The position numbers were made by a program, and so were the translations under genes. Below are positions 20,604 through 31,330 of a DNA stretch of 64,000 nt, one piece after another (position 1 is the first letter of the stretch; each line of letters begins with the position of its first letter). The stretch is from Bacteroidota bacterium (GTDB lineage Bacteria > Bacteroidota > Bacteroidia > Chitinophagales > CAMDFR01). The stretch is taken from contig JBAXTO010000002.1 in the NCBI GenBank assembly GCA_037130135.1, positions 288,695 through 352,694 of the forward strand, in the 5' to 3' direction. The notes below the pieces were generated by a model. It was not told the DNA's origin. It saw only the letters and a list, made by a program, of their open reading frames with translations, and made no database searches.

Positions 20604-21617
20604 CTATTTACCAATAAAAGAATTTAAATCATCAATACTACTTTCAAATTTAAATGCATCATTAACTTTAAAATAATTACCTACATCAAAAGTATGAGCA
20701 TAGGCATGTTTTGAAAAATCTAATCGTGATTCTTCAAAAGAAAATAAATCCATAATTTGTTTTACTTGACTTGCAGTTAAGCAATTTGAATTAGCCACTT
20801 GTTTAGCAGTTGTAAGTTTACTTTCTTCAAATGATTTAGATGAAATACTTGCTTTTGCGCTATTAAAATCGGCATCTTTCATCGGCCATCCATTACAACC
20901 AGTTGGACCTGTATAACCACTCATATAAGGTTGTTCTGTTATCACTCCTCCATTGGTATTGGTATTCGTACTAGTTGTAGTGGTAGTAGTGCTATAAGTT
21001 GTGGTAGTGGTAGCATTTGAATTTAAATAAGGATCATTAATATTTACATTCATCCCTAAACCAACCCCATCCACATTTACATTTACATTTGCTCCAACAT
21101 TACCATTTGTATTAATATTTGAATTTGTTGTACCATCATTTACTGTAGTAGTAGTAGTTGTTGTTGTTGTAGAATAGGTAATAGGAGCTTTAGCAACCGT
21201 AGTATATTTAATTTCTTTTACTCCTGGTTCAGTAGGAGGAGCTAATACCATAGCTACTTGTACAAACATTCTTAATGCTCTAGAACCATCTTTAGTGTTT
21301 ATTATATGATAATTCGTTTCATAAGGTTGCCCTCTATCATCTTGGATATAGAGCATTTTTTTCTCAATCATAGGAATGTTTTTATCCTCAAAAATAATTT
21401 TAGCTGAATAATAAGGTGCTGTTAAATTGGTTACTTTAACATTCGTTTCAGGTAAATCATTTTGTCTGATACCATTAAGAATTAAATAAAATTTTTGACC
21501 ATCTTCAGAAAAAACGATCAAATTCCCACTTAAACCATCATTAGGTCCGCCCATTTGAGCAAACATATTGGTACTGATAATTAAACTTGCGACGAATAGT
21601 AAAATTTTGTTTTTCAT
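20604..21617 (-). CDS. DUF4476 domain-containing secreted protein
   Basis: Start taken at MKNKILLF. The C-terminal block AKQVANSNCLTASQVKQIMDLFSFEESRLDFSKHAY...NYFKVNDAF matches my memory of DUF4476. A poly-Thr/Asn linker sits in the middle. Confidence 0.6.
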   Translation of the reverse strand: MKNKILLFVASLIISTNMFAQMGGPNDGLSGNLIVFSEDGQKFYLILNGIRQNDLPETNVKVTNLTAPYYSAKIIFEDKNIPMIEKKMLYIQDDRGQPYETNYHIINTKDGSRALRMFVQVAMVLAPPTEPGVKEIKYTTVAKAPITYSTTTTTTTTTVNDGTTNSNINTNGNVGANVNVNVDGVGLGMNVNINDPYLNSNATTTTTYSTTTTTTSTNTNTNGGVITEQPYMSGYTGPTGCNGWPMKDADFNSAKASISSKSFEESKLTTAKQVANSNCLTASQVKQIMDLFSFEESRLDFSKHAYAHTFDVGNYFKVNDAFKFESSIDDLNSFIGK

Positions 21618-21664
21618 TATATTTAAATTTTTGTGACTTTTCCTAGACAACTAATATGCCAAAA

Positions 21665-22537
21665 TTATTTAACAATTGCTTTATTTAACTCATTGATACT
21701 ATTTTCCGTAGTAAATACATCATTTAGTTTAAAATAATTTCCTTTATCAATAGTATAAACATACGCATATTTAGCCAATTCCAATCTTGAATCTTCTAAC
21801 TCAAATAATTTGACAATTGTTTTTACTTGAGTAACACTTAAACAGTTGTTGCTTATTATTTGTTTAGCAGACAACATCTTTCCTTCAGTAGTAGATCTTG
21901 CTTTTATACTGGAAATGGCGCTATTATAATCTTCTTCACCTAATATATTTCCTGAACAAGGTAAAGATACGGTAGTAGGTGCCGTGGTAGAAACTACGGT
22001 GGTAGTAGTTTGTTCGGTGGTAGTATTAGAATTGCCACCTGTATTAAAACTTACTGAACCTCCTAGTCCCCCTATATTTACATTTACCCCTGATTTGACA
22101 GGTTCAGTAGTGGTGGTTGTAGTTTGTTGAACGACTTGGTTTCCTGCATTTACTACTACAACTGTAGGTTTGTTTGTTTCGATATAACCTGGATAAGTTG
22201 TTTGTGATTTCCAATAAAGACCCATTTCATCTTTATTATTTTTTTTCAAAACATAGGTAACATCTACTGGTGCCCCTTGTGCATCATGTACATTAAATAT
22301 TTTCTTTTCTATATTCCCAATAGTACCATCAACAAACACAATTTTTATTGAATAATAAGATTGAGTTAAATTCAGCATTCGAACACGCTCAGCAGGTTCT
22401 TCATTTTTTTTCTCCCCATTAAGAAATACAGTAAACTTTTCACCATTTAGTGCGAAAATGGTACAATGTGAGTAAAATTCAGCTTGACTTATAAGACTGG
22501 TTAAAATAAAGGATAAAAAAAATAAAACTTTTTTCAT
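21665..22537 (-). CDS. DUF4476 domain-containing secreted protein (tandem paralogue)
   Basis: Same N-terminal and C-terminal blocks as the neighbouring gene (AKQIISNNCLSVTQVKTIVKLFELEDSRLELAKYAY). Confidence 0.6.
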   Translation of the reverse strand: MKKVLFFLSFILTSLISQAEFYSHCTIFALNGEKFTVFLNGEKKNEEPAERVRMLNLTQSYYSIKIVFVDGTIGNIEKKIFNVHDAQGAPVDVTYVLKKNNKDEMGLYWKSQTTYPGYIETNKPTVVVVNAGNQVVQQTTTTTTEPVKSGVNVNIGGLGGSVSFNTGGNSNTTTEQTTTTVVSTTAPTTVSLPCSGNILGEEDYNSAISSIKARSTTEGKMLSAKQIISNNCLSVTQVKTIVKLFELEDSRLELAKYAYVYTIDKGNYFKLNDVFTTENSINELNKAIVK

Positions 22538-22552
22538 GATGAATAAAAAAAA

Positions 22553-23698
22553 TTAAAATTTACTAATCGCGTCTCTGCTAATAACAATACGTTGAACTTC
22601 GCTAGTCCCTTCATAAATTTGTGTAATCTTAGCATCACGCATTAATCTTTCTACATGATATTCTTTAACAAATCCATATCCTCCATGAATTTGAACCGCT
22701 TCAACAGTATGTTTCATAGCCACTTCACTTGCATATAATTTGGCCATTGCGCTAGCTGTATTATAATCTTTCCCTTGGTCTTTTAACACCGCCGCTTTAT
22801 ACACTAATAATCTGGCTGCCTCAATTTGAGTTGCCATATCAGCTAATTTAAATTGAATAATTTGATGATTGCAAATTTCTGTTCCAAAAGCTTTTCTTTG
22901 CTTACTATACTCAAGTGCTAACTCATATGCGCCTGCAGCAATACCTAATGCTTGAGCAGCAATACCAATTCTACCACCCGCTAATGTTTTCATGGCAAAT
23001 TTAAATCCAAAACCATCTTCACCAATTCTATTTTCTTTAGGAACTTTTACGTTATTAAATAGCAAAGTATGCGTATCAGATGAACGAATTCCTAATTTAT
23101 CTTCTTTTTTAGCAACTTCAAAACCAGGCATCCCTTTTTCGATTATTAAGGCATTGATACCTCTATGACCTAATTCTTTATTTGTTTGAGCTATCACAAT
23201 ATAAGTTGAAGCCATTCCACCATTTGTAATCCAGTTTTTAGTACCATTTACTAAATAGTGATCACCCATATCAATAGCTGTAGTAGTTTGGCTAGTAGCG
23301 TCACTACCTGCTTCTGGTTCAGATAGACAAAAAGCACCAAGAACTTCCCCTTTTGCTAAGGCAGGTATATATTTTTGTTTTTGTGCTTCATTTCCATATT
23401 CTTGAAGCCCCCATAAAACTAATGAATTATTAACTGACATAATCACAGAGCACGAATTATCAACCTTAGAAATTTCTTCAAGAGCTAAAACATAACTGAG
23501 GGTATCCATCTCTCCTCCACTGTATTTGCCATCAATCATCATCCCTAAAAACCCAAGTTCTGCCATTTTTTTTACCTGTTCATGAGGGTAATTCATGGTA
23601 GTATCTCTATCTATCACACCAGGTTTACAATCATTTTGAGCAAAATCTCTAGCTGCTTGCTTAATCATTAAATGTTCTTCAGAAAGTTGGAATTGCAT
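22553..23698 (-). CDS. acyl-CoA dehydrogenase (short/butyryl-CoA type)
   Basis: 381 aa. C-terminal YEGTSEVQR catalytic-glutamate motif and typical ACAD blocks (GAFCLSEPEAGSD). Confidence 0.9.
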   Translation of the reverse strand: MQFQLSEEHLMIKQAARDFAQNDCKPGVIDRDTTMNYPHEQVKKMAELGFLGMMIDGKYSGGEMDTLSYVLALEEISKVDNSCSVIMSVNNSLVLWGLQEYGNEAQKQKYIPALAKGEVLGAFCLSEPEAGSDATSQTTTAIDMGDHYLVNGTKNWITNGGMASTYIVIAQTNKELGHRGINALIIEKGMPGFEVAKKEDKLGIRSSDTHTLLFNNVKVPKENRIGEDGFGFKFAMKTLAGGRIGIAAQALGIAAGAYELALEYSKQRKAFGTEICNHQIIQFKLADMATQIEAARLLVYKAAVLKDQGKDYNTASAMAKLYASEVAMKHTVEAVQIHGGYGFVKEYHVERLMRDAKITQIYEGTSEVQRIVISRDAISKF

Positions 23699-23766
23699 AT
23701 ATTTCTCTATTATTTAAGTAATCGATATTTACCATTAAGTTAAATATCTAATCAGTTTACAATAAG

Positions 23767-23774
23767 CAAATTTA
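23767..23774 (-). promoter_or_regulatory. candidate -7 box (TAAATTTG) for the acyl-CoA dehydrogenase gene
   Basis: Perfect TAnnTTTG on the minus strand, about 69 nt upstream of the ATG at 23698. Confidence 0.3.
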
Positions 23775-23811
23775 TAGCATTTAAATCTTTTTTTTCACAC
23801 TTTAACGACAA

Positions 23812-23843
23812 TAAAAAAGAGACTTAATGAATTAAGTCTCTTT
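23812..23843 (-). terminator. rho-independent terminator of the 23875..26256 gene
   Basis: Inverted repeat aaagagacttaat/attaagtctcttt. On the minus strand it is followed by a U-run (plus-strand A6). Confidence 0.7.
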
Positions 23844-23874
23844 CCCTTACATGAACTAAAAACTATATTAATAA

Positions 23875-26256
23875 TTATTGGGCAATTAATTTGCCTGTTC
23901 CCATAGCTTTATTATTATTAAATATTTTAAATATATACATGCCTGCCACTAGATCTTTACGTTGAATAATAAATTCATTATTTGATCCTTTCCCTTCATA
24001 TACACAATGTCCATCAAGGCTATACACTTTAATGCTAGAATGATTATCTATTTGATTAGATGAAATATGTACTTCTGTTTGGAAAGGATTAGGATATGCT
24101 ATTACATTAAACTTATCAGGGTTGATCGATTCAAAACCTGAATACATGAGTCTACCAATAGTTAAGAAGGTCGTATTGGTGATTACTGGTTCATTGATAT
24201 CAAAGGTAATTCCAGCTTTGTTATAAATAACTGATCCATCTGGTAAATTTGGTTGTTGATTAATAGTAAATTCTATATATCCATGACTTGCTGGTTCGTT
24301 GTGCACGCTATCTTGTAATCGAATATTATTAAATTCAAAAACCACATGATTATTTGCAGTCATAAATCTTGTAACAGAATGGCTACTACCAGTAACTGCA
24401 ATAGAACCCATTTGAAGCAATGGAGAAATAGAATCATCAATAGCTACATAAAAAGCTGTGTCATTTCCAGTATTTTGGAAATCAATTCGATACTTAATAG
24501 AGGTATTTTTTTCAATCAATCTAGCAGCTGTAATACCTGAAGGAGTATTGCTTTTCATATTTGGATCAAATGAAGATCTTACTTCATCACAAGTAATATC
24601 TACATAAACTGGTTGATCGTCTAAAGGGAAATTATTGATTAAACCATAACTTATAGTGTCTGTCGAAGATTCAGTAGCACCTTCAATAGATGCGGCTGTA
24701 TAAGTCTTATTAGGATTATTAGGGGTTTGATTTGCTTGAATACGGTACATTTTTCCATTACTTGGTAAACGTATAATCATTTGTTGACCTACGTTTAACA
24801 TTAAATCAGATCTATTAATAATCATAATGATATCTTCAACAACTGTAAGGATTGTTGGAGAAGACATATTCCCTGAACCTACATTCATAACTTTAAGAAC
24901 AACTGAATCTATACCTATTGTATCTTCATAAGTGCTAGCAATTAAATTAGATTGATCCCAACCACTTGGTGGTGGTGGACAAATGGTGTCTGGATATATA
25001 TGAGCTTCTGTACATACTGTTTGATTGATGGTTAACCAACAATGAGCTCTACCATAAACATGGAATGAACCACCAGTTAAAAATGGCACTGAGCCAACAT
25101 CGAAACGATATCTATTTCCAGTAACTGAAAGTAAAGGAGCTGAAGCGCTATCAAAAGTGATTGTAGTATCAAGAGTAATTTCTACCCAAGTTGTAGGAGA
25201 AGTTGTTCCTCCATTAAAATAATTTACATTATATACTACTGTGCTACAAGGACGCACTAAGAATGTACTAATTGTTGTACTCAAATAAGGACAAGAACGA
25301 ATAGTACCAGCTAAGTCGATTACACCTGAATCAGCTGTTGAATCAATAGAAATATATTGATCTGCACAAGCAGCTGGAAGAATATAAGGAGAAGCTATTA
25401 ATCTTACTCTCCAATCACCAGGACTTAAAATAGCAGTATAATTTCCTGCAATATCAGAACTTGCATATCGATGAGTACCTGTAAGTGTATCTACTAGTTC
25501 GATATTATTATTAGGTAAACCTGTTTCGCCAATATCTTTAGTACAATTTGCATTTATATCGTAATATACACGTCCTTTTACAAAACTATAAGCTACACCA
25601 CTTGTAGTACAAACGCTATTATAACAAAACCTCCAACCTTCATTTTCACTATACCAGTTTGTATTATTTCTACCTGGCGCAAAAATATGAGTCCCGCCAG
25701 TATCTGCTATTCCAATAGTACTATTAGGGATTAAAGTAGCACAAGAATCTTTTTGTTGTAAATAAACATCAATATTATTAGATCCTTCATATAATACTAC
25801 TTGACCTGTATAATTATGAGTCATACAAGTGCTACCAGATCCAAAACGAACAATATCATAATAATTGACTACAAATACTCTATCTGGTGCAGTACCTACA
25901 GTATAATAATTGATATTACCTGGGTGACCCGCTAATCCAGGAAACATATCATGCATATTGGCGTATATTTCCTTATATGCCGTACCTAGAGACATTCTAA
26001 GTCCTGGTGTAGAATTAAATGCAATAACGGCATTTGAGTTAATAAACACATTCGTATGTGTTTCATTAAAAAACTGAAAAGGGAATCCAATCGGAATTGC
26101 TGGTGTATTTTGATCATCACCTAAGTATACTGTTGTACCTCCCGTATATGGATAAGGGCTATAGGGTATAGATGAAACGCTATACGTTACTGCAAAAATA
26201 CTATTGATGTAAAACAAAAATAGTAATGTGATAGATGCTTGAATAAGTTTTTTCAT
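23875..26256 (-). CDS. T9SS type A sorting-domain protein with a DUF11-like conserved repeat domain
   Basis: Start taken at MKKLIQ. Internal segment SSFDPNMKS...YRIDFQNTGNDTA. C-terminus YPNPF..EV.I......IKVYSLDG..V..........GMYIFKI is a type A CTD. Confidence 0.7.
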   Translation of the reverse strand: MKKLIQASITLLFLFYINSIFAVTYSVSSIPYSPYPYTGGTTVYLGDDQNTPAIPIGFPFQFFNETHTNVFINSNAVIAFNSTPGLRMSLGTAYKEIYANMHDMFPGLAGHPGNINYYTVGTAPDRVFVVNYYDIVRFGSGSTCMTHNYTGQVVLYEGSNNIDVYLQQKDSCATLIPNSTIGIADTGGTHIFAPGRNNTNWYSENEGWRFCYNSVCTTSGVAYSFVKGRVYYDINANCTKDIGETGLPNNNIELVDTLTGTHRYASSDIAGNYTAILSPGDWRVRLIASPYILPAACADQYISIDSTADSGVIDLAGTIRSCPYLSTTISTFLVRPCSTVVYNVNYFNGGTTSPTTWVEITLDTTITFDSASAPLLSVTGNRYRFDVGSVPFLTGGSFHVYGRAHCWLTINQTVCTEAHIYPDTICPPPPSGWDQSNLIASTYEDTIGIDSVVLKVMNVGSGNMSSPTILTVVEDIIMIINRSDLMLNVGQQMIIRLPSNGKMYRIQANQTPNNPNKTYTAASIEGATESSTDTISYGLINNFPLDDQPVYVDITCDEVRSSFDPNMKSNTPSGITAARLIEKNTSIKYRIDFQNTGNDTAFYVAIDDSISPLLQMGSIAVTGSSHSVTRFMTANNHVVFEFNNIRLQDSVHNEPASHGYIEFTINQQPNLPDGSVIYNKAGITFDINEPVITNTTFLTIGRLMYSGFESINPDKFNVIAYPNPFQTEVHISSNQIDNHSSIKVYSLDGHCVYEGKGSNNEFIIQRKDLVAGMYIFKIFNNNKAMGTGKLIAQ

Positions 26257-26386
26257 TATATAGAATTTATGATAATACAAACTTGCATATAGTTTTTGAT
26301 AAAAAAAAGGTCATTTTTATTTATTTGTCGGATATTTTTATACAACTAATCATATTTATTAGTATATTTATTAATATTTTGTCGGA

Positions 26387-27781
26387 ATGTATAAAAGTAA
26401 ACTAATACAAGTTTTCAGCAAGTTATCCTCCAAAGATCAATTACTCATTAAATCTTACCTGAGAGATATCAGTTTTAACACTCATAATAAGGTAATAGAA
26501 TTATATGATTTTATATATGAACATAAAGAATCGATTCATAATATCGATAAAAAAACGGTTTATCATTATTTATTTAAAAAAGACAACTACAATGATTTAG
26601 CATTACGGCATCTAATGTCGTACTTAATAAAACTAATAGAACAATTTGGAATTATCCGATATAATGAAAAAAGTTCATTTGAAGAATATCATGAGGAGAT
26701 GCGTTTCTACTCATCTATAGAGTATGAAAAAGGTATAGAAGAAACAATATCCAGATATCAGAAAGAATTACAAAAAAACAAGGTATTAAATACCGAAGAA
26801 ATATATACAAAATATTTAGTAGATACATTTATTTACAACCATTCTATTAAACAAAAAAGAACAGATATAGTACAATTAAGTGAATTAAATAAATCATTGG
26901 ATGAGTTTTTTATATTAAGCAAATTAAAGGTTGCCTGTAATATTATTAATCAACAAAACATATTTAATTTAACCATTGATAGTGGTTTTTTTAAAGACTT
27001 GATGGAATACGTAGGAAAATTATATTTATCCAATAAGATGATTTCTTTATATTACCATATCTATAAATTAATTTCAACCAATGATGATAAGATATATAAA
27101 TTCTGTGTTGAAAATTTAGAAGAATGTTTGACGATACGTAAAAAAAATGATTTAAAAGATGCACTTGTTTTATTGATAAACTTTTGTATTAAAAAAATTA
27201 ATCAAGGAGATATCACCTATGAAATAGCAGTGTTTAATCATTATAAGATTGGCATTGACAATACTATTTTAATTGAAAAAGAAATGCTATCGCCATTCAC
27301 CTATAGTAATGCATTAAATATCGCTATCAAATTGAATGATTTAAAATGGGCTGAAGAAATGCTCGAAAAATATAAAGATCATTTAGATACTGAATATCCA
27401 CATGATTATTATTCATTGAATAAAGCAAAAGTATTATTAGCATATAAAAAATTTAATGAAGCATTAGATTTTGTAAACAAAACGGAGATAAATGATATCC
27501 TTACGCAGCTTCAATTAAGAATTGTACAACTAAAAATTTTTATAGAATTAGATGAATATCGATTGGCAGAATCTTATATAGCCAATTTTAAGCAGCTCTT
27601 AAAGCGTAAAGGAATCATTAATTATCATAAGACTAACTTTAACAAAATAGCAAGTTATATGCTTAAATTAATTAATTTAGCCCCATACTCAAAAGCTGGT
27701 AAAATCAAGCTTATTAAGGCTATTCAAATGGAACCTGTACTATCTGAAAAAAGTTGGTTATTGGAAAAATTGAATAATTAG
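26387..27781 (+). CDS. hypothetical all-alpha (TPR-like) cytoplasmic protein
   Basis: 464 aa, rich in K/E/L/Y with helical repeat character. No signal peptide and no catalytic motif recognised. Confidence 0.4.
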   Translation: MYKSKLIQVFSKLSSKDQLLIKSYLRDISFNTHNKVIELYDFIYEHKESIHNIDKKTVYHYLFKKDNYNDLALRHLMSYLIKLIEQFGIIRYNEKSSFEEYHEEMRFYSSIEYEKGIEETISRYQKELQKNKVLNTEEIYTKYLVDTFIYNHSIKQKRTDIVQLSELNKSLDEFFILSKLKVACNIINQQNIFNLTIDSGFFKDLMEYVGKLYLSNKMISLYYHIYKLISTNDDKIYKFCVENLEECLTIRKKNDLKDALVLLINFCIKKINQGDITYEIAVFNHYKIGIDNTILIEKEMLSPFTYSNALNIAIKLNDLKWAEEMLEKYKDHLDTEYPHDYYSLNKAKVLLAYKKFNEALDFVNKTEINDILTQLQLRIVQLKIFIELDEYRLAESYIANFKQLLKRKGIINYHKTNFNKIASYMLKLINLAPYSKAGKIKLIKAIQMEPVLSEKSWLLEKLNN

Positions 27782-27950
27782 ATTAAAGCAAGCTATTTGA
27801 TTTTAATCTTTTATTATTAAAGTTGTCTCTCACAAAAGAACTTGTAATCTATCAATTTATTTAGTAGGTGAGATTATGTATGAGTTAGAATATACACAAG
27901 GATAATTTGACCTTTAGACTAATTTAATCTAATTAGTATTATACAATAAA

Positions 27951-28871
27951 TCATTTAACTCGGTAGAATAACACACTTTGATTAAAAGCGCAAAATATAC
28001 CACGTGCGCCTTTAACATTGCTATAAATTTCAGGCACTTCTTCATAAGCTCCTAAATCATAAGCATAATATTGAGTTAGCGATTTCTCAAAATTTACATA
28101 GTTATTACTTACATTTCGAACCAATAAATAAAAACTATATCGATGATATAACTCAATATTAGTAGTGTTAGAAGGATAAAAACTTAATGAAATGTTTTTA
28201 TCTAGTCCATTAAATGTTTCGTCTGTGATATATGGATTATTTAGATAGCGAAGATATTTTGCTCCTTGCAATTTGGTGATATAGGTAAAACTACTATTTC
28301 TACTTTCGACTGTATCTGTTCCTGAAATCACCTTTTGAGCAAAAGAATCTATGATAAAAAAAGTATAATTATTATCTTCAATTGGATTATCTTGAATAAT
28401 AATATTTACTTTTTGTAATAAGGTAGAATCTGGATTAAGTAAAGATGAATAAGTTAGTGAATTTATATCAAATGTAGCAGGGATTGTATCTGTTGCTTCT
28501 ATATGACCATAAATAGGATGATCCATTTTTATGCTATAGGCATGTCCTTGTTGAGCAATTAATGTTGATTGATAATAACCAAAATCAACTAAAGTAGGAT
28601 GCGGTACATAGTTTAATCTTTCTTTATAAATGCCGTCTTCATAAAGAAATATATCTGCATCTGTAATAGCATGAATCATCGAACTATCGATATGCATATC
28701 TTTAGTGAATGACACTTTAAGTACTTGACCTGCACTAAACCTACAATTGACAATGGCTGTAGAACTTTGATATGTATTATTATAAGAAAAATCTTTTTCA
28801 CAGGCATTCAAAAATATTGTTAGTATCAATAACCATAAAAACTTATAATAATTTTTCATTTTAGTATTCAT
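27951..28871 (-). CDS. DUF4249 family lipoprotein
   Basis: Lipobox (FLNAC). It lies immediately downstream of a TonB-dependent receptor with a 1-nt overlap, the canonical DUF4249 context. Confidence 0.55.
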   Translation of the reverse strand: MNTKMKNYYKFLWLLILTIFLNACEKDFSYNNTYQSSTAIVNCRFSAGQVLKVSFTKDMHIDSSMIHAITDADIFLYEDGIYKERLNYVPHPTLVDFGYYQSTLIAQQGHAYSIKMDHPIYGHIEATDTIPATFDINSLTYSSLLNPDSTLLQKVNIIIQDNPIEDNNYTFFIIDSFAQKVISGTDTVESRNSSFTYITKLQGAKYLRYLNNPYITDETFNGLDKNISLSFYPSNTTNIELYHRYSFYLLVRNVSNNYVNFEKSLTQYYAYDLGAYEEVPEIYSNVKGARGIFCAFNQSVLFYRVK

Positions 28872-31330
28872 TATAATTTGATCGTATATGTTATTGAAGG
28901 CACAAAAGGGAACAATGTTAATGATTTTGTCACATTATACGCGTTACCATTTTTATCATATCTTCTATCTGAATACACATCAAATACATTGAAGTGATTA
29001 TAGATATTATAAATACTTACATTTAAAATATGTGTCACTTTTTTATCTTGTTTAGTATAATTAAAACCGATATCTAAATGATGATATGCAGGTAATCGAT
29101 AATTATTTCTTTCTTTATTACTAATGATGTAAGGATATTGAGTATCACCATTTGTAAAGTCGTAATAGTCGATACTATATTGACTTGGATATTGCGACTT
29201 CCATAGACTTATCCAATTTCCTGAGGCATAAACCCAATTTAAAGAAAAATCAAAATGTCTATTTAATTTGTAAGCTAAAACAATACTAACATCATGTCTT
29301 CTGTCATATTTATAAAAATATTTATTCCCTTGATTTAATTCGCTAAACTGTCTGGTTGTCCAACCTAAATTATATTTTGCCCAAGCTGTGAATTTTCCTT
29401 TGGTTTTGCTTACAAAAAATTCTGCGCCATAAGCTTCTCCTTTCCCTCCGCCTATAATTTGATTTTCCCAACTATCGCCTATAAGTATTTTACTCACTCC
29501 ATTTTTGTATTCAATTACATTATTCATTTTTTTGTAATAAGCATCGACACTACATTCAAATTGTTTTGAAAAATTCAATTGAATTCCACCACTGACTTGC
29601 CAAACATTTTCGGGTAATAATTTTTTAGTTGCAGGTACCCATAAATCTGTCAACACTATAGATGAGCCACTTGTAAGCAAATGAATGTTTTGTGTACTAG
29701 TGATGAATGAGGTTCTAAAAACCCAATTCTTATTAGGTGTATAAAGTAAGTTCATACGGGGTTGGAAGGAAAAAAAATTGGACGATTTATATAAATAATG
29801 AACTACATGAAATCCGATATTTAATAATACTTTAGAATGGATTTTAAATTCATTTTCTATAAAAATAGTATTCTCTAATGTTTTATTTAATGTATTAGTA
29901 TATGTGGTATCGATATTAGCTTTATTGAGTCGATCTCTTTGATATTTTCCATTACCTATCTGATAAGGTTTATAAGTAATTTGAGCACCTACTAACAAAT
30001 GATTATTTTGAAAATCATAGGACCATTCATTACGTATTGCATATTCACGTACAAAATTTTGATTGGTATATTTTTTTAAACTCCTATCTACAATAAGTTG
30101 ATTTCTATATTCTGTTTCCTCTTGATTAAAATTACTATTTAGTGTATAATTACTAATATAGGCTAATAAGCAACTGGATAAATTAGTATTCACTTGATGT
30201 TGCCATTGCAAGGTGGCAGTATTATTATTCCAATTGACTTTATTACTATAATGATAAATATATTGCCAAGCATTATTTATTTTATCTGATTCGTTTTTAT
30301 CTTTTTTAAAATGAAAAATATCATGACTATAAAAACTACTAAATTTAATAAGATCTTTTTCAGAAAAACGATGCGTAAATGCAATATTCATATCATAGAA
30401 ATTATAGCTGATACTTCCTCCATATCCAGCTCTTTTAAATTGCATTGCAGAGATAGGCTTAGCATACAATCCTACATAGGAGCCGCGTGCAGCAATACTA
30501 AAAGTAGTTTTTTTATTTTTACCTATTGGTCCATCAATGGCTATTCGGGTAGATAATAAACCAATAGTGATGCTAGTTTTTATTTTTTGCGAATTTCCAA
30601 AATTACTTCCTATACTGATAACCGCTCCAAGTCGACCACCAAATCGAGCCGGAAAATCATTTTTATATAAATCTACTTTATCAATACTTTCGCCATTAAA
30701 TACCGACATAAAACCATATAAATGTGTTACATTATAAACAGGAGTTCGGTCTAACAATATAAGTGTTTGATCTGGGCTTCCACCACGAATAAAGATACCT
30801 CTGGTACCTTCATTACCACTTTGAACACCAGGCAATAACTGTATGGCTTTTAATATATCTTTTTCTCCACCTATATTAGGTAATGCATCTAAAGTATTTT
30901 TATTGATTGTTATTATACCATTCGAAGAGGAAGAGCTGCTTTTTAAAAATTTTGTATCTGTTACTACTACTTCATTAAGCGTATTATTTTCAATAAGATT
31001 TAATTGAAAACTTGTATCAGCTTGTGCTTGAAGAATGATTAATTTTTTTAAGAATCCTATTCGAGAGATTTCTAATAGAGTAAAAGCATTCGCTTTAAAT
31101 GTTACATAGCCTAATGAATCGCTAGTATAAAAGGTATTTTTAGCTGCTTGACATTTAACGGAGGTATAACTTAATGGGTTATTTTGTTGATCGACTATTT
31201 GAATTGAATATTGAACTTGAGCTCTAGCTGATGCTATAATCAAGATAAACAGAACGATATATAATCCAAGCGATTTCACTTTTGTAAAGTTATTAGAAAA
31301 GAAGCAATATGTACTTGCTATTAATTCCAA
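28871..31330 (-). CDS. TonB-dependent receptor with an N-terminal carboxypeptidase-regulatory-like domain
   Basis: 819 aa. Plug-domain blocks (GGEKDILKAIQLLPGVQ, RGGSPDQTLILLD) and a C-terminal beta-barrel. Confidence 0.85.
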   Translation of the reverse strand: MELIASTYCFFSNNFTKVKSLGLYIVLFILIIASARAQVQYSIQIVDQQNNPLSYTSVKCQAAKNTFYTSDSLGYVTFKANAFTLLEISRIGFLKKLIILQAQADTSFQLNLIENNTLNEVVVTDTKFLKSSSSSSNGIITINKNTLDALPNIGGEKDILKAIQLLPGVQSGNEGTRGIFIRGGSPDQTLILLDRTPVYNVTHLYGFMSVFNGESIDKVDLYKNDFPARFGGRLGAVISIGSNFGNSQKIKTSITIGLLSTRIAIDGPIGKNKKTTFSIAARGSYVGLYAKPISAMQFKRAGYGGSISYNFYDMNIAFTHRFSEKDLIKFSSFYSHDIFHFKKDKNESDKINNAWQYIYHYSNKVNWNNNTATLQWQHQVNTNLSSCLLAYISNYTLNSNFNQEETEYRNQLIVDRSLKKYTNQNFVREYAIRNEWSYDFQNNHLLVGAQITYKPYQIGNGKYQRDRLNKANIDTTYTNTLNKTLENTIFIENEFKIHSKVLLNIGFHVVHYLYKSSNFFSFQPRMNLLYTPNKNWVFRTSFITSTQNIHLLTSGSSIVLTDLWVPATKKLLPENVWQVSGGIQLNFSKQFECSVDAYYKKMNNVIEYKNGVSKILIGDSWENQIIGGGKGEAYGAEFFVSKTKGKFTAWAKYNLGWTTRQFSELNQGNKYFYKYDRRHDVSIVLAYKLNRHFDFSLNWVYASGNWISLWKSQYPSQYSIDYYDFTNGDTQYPYIISNKERNNYRLPAYHHLDIGFNYTKQDKKVTHILNVSIYNIYNHFNVFDVYSDRRYDKNGNAYNVTKSLTLFPFVPSITYTIKL

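Noticed and set aside
27782-27950. 169-nt convergent intergenic region checked for a small RNA, tRNA or terminator. Only a 7-bp A/T stem gattaaa/tttaatc with a 13-nt loop was seen.
   Set aside because: There is no cloverleaf-compatible sequence and no stable G+C-containing stem. The hairpin is too weak to call.
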